Assembly (NCBI GenBank): GCA_965242695.1
Contig: CBDESU010000001.1
Location: forward strand, 832,001 to 896,000
Direction: 5' to 3'
Length of the DNA stretch: 64,000 bases
From: Cenarchaeum sp.
GTDB lineage: Archaea; Thermoproteota; Nitrososphaeria; Nitrososphaerales; Nitrosopumilaceae
Shown here: in pieces, positions 9,727-20,200 of the stretch
Numbering within the stretch: the first letter of the stretch is position 1
How the letters are laid out: every line of letters begins with the position of its first letter
The notes under the pieces: generated by a model
Databases searched by the model: none
Seen by the model: only the letters and a program-made list of their open reading frames with translations
Told to the model about the DNA's origin: nothing
Program-made: the position numbers and the translations under genes

Positions 9727-11569
9727 AGCTACTCGATCCGGCATGTGGGTCTGGAAATTTTCTGATCATAGCATACCGCGAGATCCGGCGGCTCGAGCTG
9801 CGCGTTATTGCCACTCTGCATGATGTCAAAGACCAGCGGCTTGATGTTTCATCTCTCTCAAAGGTTGACGTAAGCCAGTTCTTTGGAATAGAGAAGAACG
9901 AGTTCTCGGCCCGCATAGCAGAGGTGGGTATGTGGATGATGGATCACCTCATGAACCGCGAGCTCGGCGACATGTTCGGACATGCGTACAGCCGAATACC
10001 GATCCGCAAGTCGCCGAGCATCACCATCGCCGACGCATTGGAAGATGATTGGGGGGCGGTGCTGCCGCCGGAGCTCTGCTCGTACGTGCTGGGCAATCCG
10101 CCGTTCGGCGGCGCCAAGGTCATGACAAAAGCACAACGCGCCCAAATCCGCAGCATCGCTTCCGCGGGTAGGGGCGAGCGTAGCGGCATTCTAGACTACG
10201 TGTCCGGTTGGTTTATCATGGCATCTCGCTATGCAAAAGGGTCAACCCGTATCGGCCTCGTTGCGACTAGCAGTATCGCACAGGGCGAACAGGTGTCGCA
10301 GCTGTGGCCCACAGTGCTAGGATCTGGCCTTGATATCGTCTTTGCCCACCAGCAGTTCAAGTGGGGATCGGATGCTAAGGGCAAGGCGGCCGTATCAGTA
10401 GTCATAGTGGGGATGGCAAGAGATGCCGGTGGCGAGAAGAGGCGGCTATACTACCACGGAGGCGGCACTACCGCGCTGGAAGAAAATCCGATGCATATAT
10501 CTCCATATTTGATAGGCTCTGCGAAACCCCTCCCGTTAGTAGCTAGCGCCATAACAACACTCAACGGCTTGCCGCCCATGGAGATGGGATCAAAAGCGAT
10601 CGATGGTGGATACTATATACTCAGCGACAAGGAAAGGAAAGAGTTTCTAGAAAAGGAGCCCCAGGCGGAGGAGTTCATTCGACCATTTATTGGCACCCGC
10701 GAGTTTCTTAATAGTGTGGGAAGGTGGATATTTGCACTCCACAATGCCGAGCCGGATCGCCTGCGCTCCATGCCCGAGACAATGAAGCTCGTGCATGCAG
10801 TAAGAAAATTCCGCTTGGCGAGCCGGAGCGGTCCAACACGTGATCTTGCCGCGACGCCGACGAGGTACCACCTCAATGTGCTGCCCGACGCGCAGTTCTT
10901 GGTCATTCCCCGCATCAACGTCGAGCGCCGTGAGTACCTGCCCGTCGGCTACTTGGAGCCGCCGACCATACCGAGCGATTCGGTCATGGTAGTGAGGGGG
11001 GCTAGCCTCGGTCTGTTTGGACTCGTGTCGTCGTCGATGCACATGACATGGCTTAGGAGAATAGGCGGGAGGCTAGGCGACGGGCTAAGGTACTCAAAGG
11101 AGATTGTGTACAACACCTTTCCGGTCCCGTGTCCTGATCTGAGGCCACTCGAGGCCGCGGCGCGCGGCGTACTGGCGGCGCGCGCAAGGCACCACGGCTC
11201 GACGCTTGCCGACCTGTACGACCCCGATGCGATGCCGGCCGACCTGCGCAGGGCCCACCGTGCGCTGGACAGGAGGGTCGATCGGCTGTACCGGCGCGAG
11301 CCGTTCAGGACGGACATGGACAGGCTCGAGTTTCTGCTCGACAGGTACGAGAAGATGGCGGGGCGGGGCGGGGGCGGCTAGCCGCGCCCTTTGGCCGGGC
11401 GGCATTCGATTCCGCCGCGGCGCGGCAGGCAGCGGCGCGGGATGCGCCGTGTCGGAGGTGCCAGGGCGCAGAGCGGGCCGCGGCAGGAGGAACGCCGGTC
11501 TGCTCCAAGGGGGCGGCGGCCCGACCGCGCCGCAAAACGGCATAAAGCGGCGGGAACGGGCCGGCCGGC

Positions 11570-12400
11570 ATGGGCGCGGCCGGCGGACCGGATGCCGGAT
11601 CGGCGGCTGCGCGCGTGTGGGCCGCGGCGGCCGCTGCAAGGGCGTGGACCGCCGCCGTGTACAACCTGGCCGCATGGGGATCGTACCGGCAGGGATGGGA
11701 TGCCATGGCCGAGTCGGCGGCGGCCGGCCGCAACGCGGCCGCTGCCTGCGGCGAGGCCGTGGGAAGGGACGGCCGGATGGACAGTGCGGCCCTTGAGAAT
11801 ACGGCGTCTACGCTCAAGGCCGCGGCGCGGGCGCAGCGGCGCGCAGGGGCCGCGTTTAGGGCGGCGGCCGCGCACGCGAGGTCGTCGGCGGCCGGGCAAA
11901 AGCGGGCGGCGGCGGCCGCGTATGCGATGGCGAACGGCTCGTAGGGCCGGCGAGCGTTCCGCGGGCGGGCCGCGCAGGCGCGCAGGATGGCGCGGGCGGC
12001 GGGCAGGCGGGCCGAAGGCGGACACTGACGCGAAGACGACCCGAACGGCGTCGCGCATGTGGAAGAAAAACGCGGCCCGGTGGGCGGACGGGGGCGCATG
12101 GCCGGGCGGCAGGGCCGCATGGGCCGACAGACGGGCCGCGATACGCGCCGACGCCGAGCGCGATCGCGCAATGTGGTCGGGCAAGGCGGAAGGTGCGAAC
12201 AGTACGGCACGGGCGGCGGCCGGCGGCATGCGGCAGTGCGCGGACGCGGCCGCAAGCGCCGCCGATGCGGCGGGGCTGCCCGGCGCGGCTCCGCCCGGCG
12301 CGCAAGGGGCCGCGGCGGCGTGGGAGGAGGCCATGGAGTCGGCCTGGCGCGCGGCCGCCGCGTGCCGGCCCGCCGAGCGATTGGAACAGGGCGGCCCGGC
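11570..12400 (+). pseudogene. Ala-rich helical hypothetical protein, paralog 1 (interrupted near 11940)
   Basis: ATG after AACGGCATAAAG; aligns with the 12451 copy (WAAAAAARAWTAA vs WEAAADAMSWTAA; AAAAWEEAM vs AAAAWRRAV); stop at 11942 with homology resuming in another frame; end approximate. Confidence 0.5.
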
Positions 12401-12450
12401 GCGCGGCGGATGGAACGGCATAAAGGCGCCGCGCGGCGGCGCCGCGGCGG

Positions 12451-13300
12451 ATGGGGGCGGAACCGGCCGATGCGGCCGTGCTGTGGGAGGCGGCCGCCGA
12501 TGCCATGTCGTGGACGGCGGCCATGCGCGCTCACGACTCGCTGGCGGAGTGCCGGAAGGGATGGGCGGCAAGGGTCGAGTTCGGCGATGCGATGAAGGGG
12601 GCCGCGGAGAAGTGCGGGCGGATCGTCGACGGACGGGGGATGGTGGACACCGCCTCGATCGGGCTGGCGGGGGATGCGATGAGGAGGGCCGCGGACCCGC
12701 TGGTGCGGGCGTCCAGGGCGTTTGCGCGGTCGTCCCGGCTCGACAAGGCGGCGGGGGCCGAGCTGGACCGGGCGTCCAGGGCGTACGGGCGGGCGGAGGA
12801 CCCGGAATACGCCGCGGCCGTGGCCGAGCGGGCCGCCCGCTCGCGCGCGCGACCATGCGCTGTCTTCGGCGGGGATGGCGAAGACCTCGCTGGACAGGGC
12901 CGAGTCGCTCGTGCGCGATGCGGCAAAGCTGGCGGCCGCCGCCGCGGCCAAGCAGCCGCCGCCCGGGCCCGCTCGGCGGTCGGACCTCGCCGAGATGTCG
13001 TCGCCGCAGGCCGACATGTGGGAGGGCGCAAAGCAGGATCGCCTAGAGTCTGTGGTAGCGCTCGGCAGGATGGACGAGGCCGTGCAGGCGACGGCGCGGA
13101 TACGGCAGCTTACGGCAAGGGCGGCCGAGATGTCGGCGGCGCGGGCGGCCGCGGCGGCGGCGCGGGGGCGGGGCAGTCCGGACGTGGAAAGGGCGGCCGC
13201 GGCGTGGAGGAGGGCCGTGGCAAAGGCGCACGGCGTGGAGGACAGATCGCGGCGGCGGGATGCGAATCGGGCCGCACAGGCAGGCCCGCCAGTCTTATAA
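12451..13300 (+). pseudogene. Ala-rich helical hypothetical protein, paralog 2 (frameshift near 12850)
   Basis: Same upstream AACGGCATAAAG motif; protein-like sequence switches frame at the CGCGCGCG run near 12842-12851. Confidence 0.55.
13285..13300 (+). promoter_or_regulatory. Zinc-finger family promoter cassette (CCGCCAG + TTATA box)
   Basis: CCCGCCAGTCTTATAA with TTATA 29 nt before ATG 13324; near-identical at 5223, 5618(-), 14074 and 46242; degenerate at 40431, 47191, 47531, 48375 and 49163. Confidence 0.75.
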
Positions 13301-13323
13301 CGCGCCGCGGGTTGCGCGGCGCG

Positions 13324-14022
13324 ATGTCGGGGCAGGCTGCCGCCTGCAGGATGTGCGGCGCGGGCTTTGCGCGGTACGGCCGCGGCGCCGGCGCCCTCTG
13401 CAAGCGGTGCGCGGCAAAGGCCGGCAGGGAGGCGGGCAGGGCGCTGCGCGCAAGCTGCAAGGCGTGCGGCAAGGGGTTTGCCGCGTCCACCCGCTCCGCC
13501 CGCTACTGCTCGGCCGAGTGCCGCGCAGACGGCGCGCGCCGCCGCAACCGCGAGCACCAGCGCAAGTACATGGCAGACCCGGCGAGGCGCGCCCTGGCCA
13601 TGGCGCGAATGAGGGTCGCCGCGGCGGCCCGCGCGACCCGCGAGAGGGGCGGGAGGCCGCCGCGGCGGCAGGCGCCTCCCCGCGTGGACCCGAACGCCGC
13701 GCCGTCCGTGTGCAGGCTGTGCGGGCGCGGCTTTGCGCAGTACGGCGGCAGCAACCGGCACGCCTACTGCAGGCGGTGCACGGCAAAGGCCGACAGGGAG
13801 ATGGGCAGGACGCTGCGCGCAAGCTGCAAGGCGTGCGGCAAGAAGTTCTCGACGGCCAGCCGCGCCGTGCGCTACTGCTCGGCCGAGTGCCGCGCCGAGG
13901 GCCTGCGGAGCAGCCGCCGGGGAAGCGACAGGAGGCTCAAGACCGATACGAAGAAGCGCGCCACGGCGGGGGCCCGAAAGGGGGCGCGCAGCGCCGCCCG
14001 CAGGGGCGGGGCGGGCCGGTGA
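13324..14022 (+). CDS. Double-module Cys-rich zinc-finger protein (family member)
   Basis: Two copies of CxxC..CxxC..CxxCGK..YCSxxC followed by an Arg-rich helix ending in D(P/T)xxRA; promoter-defined start. Confidence 0.85.
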   Translation: MSGQAAACRMCGAGFARYGRGAGALCKRCAAKAGREAGRALRASCKACGKGFAASTRSARYCSAECRADGARRRNREHQRKYMADPARRALAMARMRVAAAARATRERGGRPPRRQAPPRVDPNAAPSVCRLCGRGFAQYGGSNRHAYCRRCTAKADREMGRTLRASCKACGKKFSTASRAVRYCSAECRAEGLRSSRRGSDRRLKTDTKKRATAGARKGARSAARRGGAGR

Positions 14023-14112
14023 CGCGGGCGGCGCATGCGGGCCGCCCCCTCCGCCGGCGCGCGCACCGGCCGGCCCGCCAGCCTTATATCTGCATATTCG
14101 ATGCGCGGCGCG

Positions 14113-14811
14113 ATGGCCGGCCCGACCGCATGCCGTACGTGCGGGCGCGGCCTCGAGCGGCACGGCGGCCGCAGCCGCGCCTTCTGCAAGGAGTGCGCGG
14201 CAAGGGCCGACAGGGAGATCGCCAGGAAGCCGCGCGTCAAGTGCAAGGAGTGCGGCAAGAGGTTTACCGCTGCGAGCAGGATCGTCCGTTACTGCTCGAG
14301 GGGGTGCCGCGCCGAGTTCGCGCGCCGCTACAACCGCGAGTACCAGCGAAAGCTGCTGGCCGACCCGGAAAAGCGAGCCATAATCCTGGCGCGCACAAGG
14401 GCATCGGCCGCGGCGCGAAGGGCGCGAAAGAGGGGCGGGAGGCCGCCGCAGCAGCAGCCGCCGATGCGCGTGGACCCGAACGCCGAGCCGTCCGTGTGCA
14501 GGCTGTGCGGGCGCAGCTTTGCGCAGTACGGGCGCACCAACCGCCACGTCTACTGCAGGCAGTGCACCGCAAGGGCCGACAGGGAGATCGCCAGGAATCT
14601 GCGCGTAAGGTGCAAGGAGTGCGGCAAGGCGTTCACCACGACCAAGCGCTCGGTCCGCTACTGCTCGGACGAGTGCAGCGCCGAGGGCGTTCGGCGCAGC
14701 CGCCGCAGGAGCAACGCTAGGCGCACGACCGACCCAGAGAGGCACGCCGCCAGGGCGGCGTACATGAGGGCGCGCAGCGCCGCCCGCGGGGGCAGGGAAC
14801 CGGGAGGATGA
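14113..14811 (+). CDS. Double-module Cys-rich zinc-finger protein (family member)
   Basis: Same architecture, 232 aa; TTATA box 29 nt upstream. Confidence 0.85.
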   Translation: MAGPTACRTCGRGLERHGGRSRAFCKECAARADREIARKPRVKCKECGKRFTAASRIVRYCSRGCRAEFARRYNREYQRKLLADPEKRAIILARTRASAAARRARKRGGRPPQQQPPMRVDPNAEPSVCRLCGRSFAQYGRTNRHVYCRQCTARADREIARNLRVRCKECGKAFTTTKRSVRYCSDECSAEGVRRSRRRSNARRTTDPERHAARAAYMRARSAARGGREPGG

Positions 14812-15112
14812 CGCGGGCGGCGCCCGTGGCATGCACTTCGCCAGGCCGAGCCCCCCGGAGGGCCGGATGCCGCCCGCAGGCCGGCCGATATCAGGCTGCC
14901 GGCGGCGGCGCGTGCGGGAGCGGCCGGATGCCGCCGGCCGTGCCTGCGGGCTAGGCGGCCATTGAAAACTCGCGGCCGCACGCCCGGCAGCGCAGGGCCG
15001 GCCCCTGCCCGGCCCCCGGCGCGGCGTTTCCGCCGTCGGTGCGCGCAAACCTGCGCCCACCGCACGAGGGGCATACGGGGCACGCCCTGCCGGCCCCGGC
15101 CATGCCACCGCC

Positions 15113-15652
15113 TCACGCCTCGGCCGGGACGGTGTCCGACTTTGACACGGCGGCGACCCTCTCGGCCCCTCCGATCTCGCGCATGTACCCGGCGACGGCG
15201 CGCGGGACTAGCCGCTCCCAAGAGCCGTCGCCGCGCGCCATCATCTCCCTGATGCCCGACCCGACGTACCGCGAGCGCTCGACCATCCGCGGCCGGTCGA
15301 CCCTCGCGCCGGCGCCGGAGAGCAGCAGGGCCACGTACGGGTTGCCGCTGAGCACGGCGCCAAACGGCGGCAGGGCCGACCGCAGGTGCGCGGCCCACGC
15401 CGCGTTGTCGGGCCTGTCGTCGATCGGCAGCACGATGCACCGCGACAGCGCCCCGTCCGGCCCCTCGTCCGCAAGGGCCCTGCGGACCATCTCTACGCGC
15501 TCGCCGGCCGTGAACGGGTCCCTCGGCAGGTAGTTGTACTGCGCGCTAGCCACGGCGACCACGGCCTCGTCGTACATGGACAGGGCCTGGCCTACCAGGT
15601 CCAGGTGCCCGAGGTGGAACGGCTGGAAGCGCCCGACGACAAGGCCCCTCAT
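15113..15652 (-). CDS. nadM: Nicotinamide-nucleotide adenylyltransferase
   Basis: MRGLVVGRFQPFHLGH, DPFTAGER; TTAAA box 28 nt upstream. Confidence 0.95.
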   Translation of the reverse strand: MRGLVVGRFQPFHLGHLDLVGQALSMYDEAVVAVASAQYNYLPRDPFTAGERVEMVRRALADEGPDGALSRCIVLPIDDRPDNAAWAAHLRSALPPFGAVLSGNPYVALLLSGAGARVDRPRMVERSRYVGSGIREMMARGDGSWERLVPRAVAGYMREIGGAERVAAVSKSDTVPAEA

Positions 15653-15680
15653 GCGGCCGCCGCGGCGGGCGGCGATTTAA

Positions 15681-16658
15681 CTATGGCGGGCCGCCGCCCG
15701 GCGGGACCAGCCTGCCGCTCCCCGCTATCCTGGTCGTGCCCGACTCTGGGCGCAGCACGACGGCCCTGTACGGGGCGGCCCATGCGGCGGGCTTTTCCAA
15801 GGCGATCCCGAGGCGACCGTCCCCCACGGACGCGATGCGCGCGGCCTTGACCTGCATGCCGATGCCTACCAGGCACCCCTGGCCGGCACCCATCGGCCCC
15901 TTGTAGAACGGGCTCGGCGCGTACTCTAGGGACACCTCTTGGCCGGCCGGGACGACCGCGCACCCGCCCTCGCCGCCGCGCCCGGCGACCACGTCGCCGC
16001 GCGATACGTCGTCGGGCCGCACCCCCTTGAGGGACAGCCCGACGCGCGCCGGAAACCGCGCCTCGTCGACGGGATCGTCGTGCATCTGGATGGACTTTAC
16101 GACGGCCTCTGCGCCGGACGGCTGTATCGACACCTCCTGGTACTTGTGGACGGTCCCGGCCTCGACCCTGCCGAGCGCGACCGTGCCGACCCCCTTTACG
16201 TCAAAGCAGTGGTCAATGGCGACGCGCAGGGGATCGTCCCTTTCCGCGCCCCCGCCGCCGAGCGGCCCGAGGGCATCGGCGGCCTCGCGCAACCCGTCGG
16301 GCCCCGCCCGGGCGTACCCCTCGAGGACCGTTCCCCGCACGAGCGCATCGAGCCTGCCCTCGTCTATCTCGTACGAGTGGCCGAGGACCCCGCCGCGCAT
16401 GCCGAGCATGTCGAGCGCGACGGCCTGCTCGCCGGTAAACCTGTCAAGGGACGCGACGTGGAACACGGCGTACTCGGCCATGCCGATCGCCTGTACGAGC
16501 GGCTGTATCCTGTCCGGAAACCCGCTCGGCGCGACGTACGTTCGCAGGACGCCGCCGCCCTTGCGGTCGTACAGCGCAAGGTCGCTTGTGGTCCCCCTCT
16601 TGCCGAGCTGCGATGCCACCTCTTGGTCGCCGAGGACGGCGATGTTTACAGAGTCCGT
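15681..16658 (-). CDS. EF-Tu/SelB-like archaeal protein (degenerate G domain + EF-Tu domain II)
   Basis: LGKRGTTSDLALY, IDHCFDVKGVGTVALG, VKSIQMHDD, RVGLSLKG. The conserved N-terminal SVNIAVLG lies upstream of the first GTG, and the predicted start position is an ACG at 16658. Confidence 0.88.
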   Translation of the reverse strand, partial: TDSVNIAVLGDQEVASQLGKRGTTSDLALYDRKGGGVLRTYVAPSGFPDRIQPLVQAIGMAEYAVFHVASLDRFTGEQAVALDMLGMRGGVLGHSYEIDEGRLDALVRGTVLEGYARAGPDGLREAADALGPLGGGGAERDDPLRVAIDHCFDVKGVGTVALGRVEAGTVHKYQEVSIQPSGAEAVVKSIQMHDDPVDEARFPARVGLSLKGVRPDDVSRGDVVAGRGGEGGCAVVPAGQEVSLEYAPSPFYKGPMGAGQGCLVGIGMQVKAARIASVGDGRLGIALEKPAAWAAPYRAVVLRPESGTTRIAGSGRLVPPGGGPP

Positions 16659-17259
16659 GCGGCGCTGTGCGCGCGCGGCAATTTAACGGTGATCCGCCGG
16701 CCTGGGCGTGCATTCGTCCATGTGACGCCGTCCACTTTACGGCGCCGGGCGCCGCGGAAGGTGCTCTTGGAGGGCCGTGGGGGTGAGGGCTGTGCAGATG
16801 TGCCGAAAGCGGCGGAAGGCCGCGCCCGGCGTGCAGTGCGGCCAGTACGGGGGCGGGCGGGGCCGAAGCGGCGCCACCGCCTCGACTCTGCGCCTATTCC
16901 CCTTCGGCTCAGTCTTCGCACAACTTTGTCCCTCTGCCGCCCAGGTTTTCTCATAGGCGCGCCCGGCGCGCCGGCCTGGCGGGCCAGCCGGAGGGTGATC
17001 CTTGTCGACGGCCCGCTCCGTACCCCGTGCCCCCTACCCCCTACCCTCATGGCCGGCGTGGCTGCATTGGGAGGAGTGGGGGGAGGGAGAGTTCTGCGCC
17101 CGTCCACAGGGCGGTTTTACTGGCGGGGGGGGGGGGGGGGGGGCGCGGTACCCTCATATACCCTAGATCGGGCGCGCCGTCCTGAAAATGCACAAGAGAA
17201 ATGCGCCGATGGCCGGCCGACTCGCCGCGGTGCAGATTGCGGGGGGGGGGGGGTGAGCA

Positions 17260-20200
17260 GTGACCGCCACAGGCGGGCATGCGCCCTGCCGCTTCAACGC
17301 AATGGCGATTGTGGCCGTGGCCGTACTGGGAGCTGCCGTGGCCATGGCGGTGCCGGACCACATCGCAGGCGAGGCGTTCGCGCAGTCGGCCGACGGCGCG
17401 CCGGAGTGCCCGTCGGCTGCGGCCGGCGACGAGTGCGAGTACCACGTCACGGAGGCGCTCGCAATACGGGACATACTGCCGGAAATAGTGCGGATCGATC
17501 CTGACACGGGGTATGTATACGTCTCTACTAGGCCCAAGCAGGGCGCAATGGATCTCAACTATTCGTACCTCAACGTCTACAACAGCTCGGCCAACGGATA
17601 CCTTCCGATCGCAGAGTTCAAGTTCGACACTGGAATAAACACCCGCATAGAGGGCTTTGAGATCAACAACCGGACAAACGAGCTCCATGTGGTTCACCTG
17701 TGGGGCATGCATGATGCGTCCGAGGGGTGGACTGGAGAAGGGTGGGATGTGAGGGGCAAGGCCAACCTGACGACGATCGACCTCGACACGCACCAGATGA
17801 CAAAGACGATCCGGCTCGGCTATACGGAGAGCCCTGCCGTAACCAGCGCGCACAATTCGTTCTGGTACCAGACCGATCGGTTCTTCATGCACGACATTGC
17901 GCTCGACACGGTGCGGGATCTGGCGTACATTGGCGCCGAGCGCGCGCCCATCCTGGTAGTGGACACGAACACGACCACGCTCCTGCCCTCGAGGGTGGAT
18001 CGGGGCGGCACATCAGACCCTGGCGACGGGTGGAACGCATTCGCAGAGGGCACAATCTCCATGTCCATGGCGGTCGATGAGGACTCTGGAATCGTATATG
18101 CCGGCGTCGTCGTCGGCGACAAGCTGGACGAAACCGGAGGCACATGGGGGATCGCGGCGCTCAACTTTACGGACCCGAGCGGGAATCCGACGACAAACTA
18201 CACCAGCATGCACTTTTTGGGGCTGCTGTCAAACCCGCCCCCCAATACTGGAAAGTGCTTCAACAAACCTGGAACGCCTCACAACGAAACCAACTACTAC
18301 ACCTACCCTTGTTACGAATTTGTGCGCGTCGAGGCGTTGCATTTTGACGGGGGCAACAACAAGCTGTTCGCGCTATACGAAAACCACACCGTATGGGCGG
18401 TCGAACTAGACGAAAGCGGACGCCCCCAGAGCATGGAGGAGTTGGACGTGCGGGCAGGCGATCCCCGCCATGGCCACAATCCGATTCGCGACATCGCCCT
18501 CGACTCCCAGAGGGGCCTGCTGTACACCTCGCTGTACGACTATACCGACCCGCGCGTGGTCGTAATGGACTCTGCGACCCATGCCCGCGTGGGCGTCGCC
18601 TCGACGACGAGCCAGACCGCCGAAATGGGGATCAACCCTGCCAACGGGGCCGTCTACGTGCTACCTGATTGGGCGCTCGGGGCATATGTCATCGAGGGCG
18701 AGCCAAAGTCCGACCTACAGAGGAGGATAGACGACGCGTCCGACGGCGACACGATCGTCGTCGAGCCGGGCATCTACGACGACACGGTTCTCGACATTTA
18801 CAAGCCGCTGACCCTGACGACGGCATCCGGACAGCCCGGCGCCGCAAAGTTCACGGGGTACTCGCGCATCGAGGTAGAGGCAGACGACGTGACCGTCAGG
18901 GGCATCTCGTTTGAGAATACCGACTGCATGCCCGGCTTTGGCGGGTCGCTCATAGAGATAAGGACGCACCACGACGTGACTCGAAACAGAGTCACGATCG
19001 AAAACAACGCGTTCCGCGACACGTGCCACGCGGCAATCCAAAAGGAGGGCCGCGGCAACCTGGTGGACATCAACATACGGGACAACACGTTCATCAACAT
19101 CGGACTAAAGGTCCCGCCGGGCTGGACCGAGCCGCTCGACACGGGGGGCGAGAACGAGTTCCAGATCATGCACGGCGCGATCGGGCTCGCGCACCACCCG
19201 AACCAGAACACTGTCGGCGGCGAGATCTCGGGCAACTTCATCAACGGCACAAGCGCGGCCGGCATACGGGTGTTCAACGCGCACGACATGGCGATTACCG
19301 ACAACTACATTGCAAACACGCCGGCTAGCGCCATCGGGCTGGCGCACAACCCGCAGGACGTCCAGGTTCTCCGCAACACCATCGTCAACGCCAACAGCGA
19401 ACCCGACCTGGACTACCTTGCCGGCATCGAGGGCAGCGGCGATGCGGACTACTGGCGCTTTTTCGGAAAACCCGCGATACTGGACGGCATCGACCCCACG
19501 CCGCAGGACCACCCGACGTACGGCGACGGACTGCCGGCGCCGGACGCCGCAATCAACGTGTGGTCCGACGGCCAGAACATCAGGGTAGAGGAAAACACCA
19601 TACGAGGCAGCGACGGGGCCTTTACCGTGTGCACCGGCGTGTGCGCGTTCGAGAGCGACGGGCTCGTGCGCGGGGGGAACAGAAACATACCGCTCGACAC
19701 AAACATTGACGGCGCCAACATCGTGTTCCGAAGCAACGTCGTATACGCGCACAACGGTACGGACAACAACGGCGTGCTGATCCGGAGCAATGTAACGCAG
19801 GGAACGCTAGATGCGACGGACAACAGCTTCCCCGGGTATTCGGCCGCATCGGACGTTCCCGTCCTGGGGGCCATGGACCTGGGGTCTAGCGTATTGGCGC
19901 AGGCTGTTCCGGACGGCGAGGACGCGCAGTGCCCGTCGTCTGCGGACGCGGACAGCTGCACGTACCACGCGACGGGGTCGTTTACGGCGGGCGACGTCTC
20001 GCCGGCCACCGTGAGGATCGACCACGAGCGCGGGATCGCCTACGTGGCGAGCAAGATCAACGCGGGGGCATCGAACCCCGAAGAGGTCGTCCTGCTCGCA
20101 TACGAGATCGACGCCGCCCGCGGGTACCCGCTCGTCAAGGCGTTCGATCCTGTGGGCACGCACTATCCGCGCGTCCCGGCCATGGAGATCGACGTAGAGA

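Larger units (their letters stand above)
7127..11381 (+). pseudogene. MmeI-family Type IIL restriction-modification enzyme interrupted by an IS630 element (parts 7127-8260 and 9727-11381)
   Basis: N-part: ERGEAQSF, GFIDLLWPGVLIAEHKS, GAHYT. C-part: LLDPACGSGNFL, GNPPF, YNTFP, LADLYDP..MP..LRRAHRALD. Removing the IS and one AG restores the frame as ELK-LLDPACG. Confidence 0.92.

Noticed and set aside
11305-15108. 1267-aa minus-strand ORF
   Set aside because: Arg/Ala/Pro-rich shadow of the + strand genes; stop-codon scarcity at high GC explains it.
16700-17100. Structured ncRNA (GC stems such as 16742-16752 with 16822-16832)
   Set aside because: No complete SRP or RNase P motif set was seen, and such stems are expected by chance at this GC content; an Rfam/Infernal search would decide.
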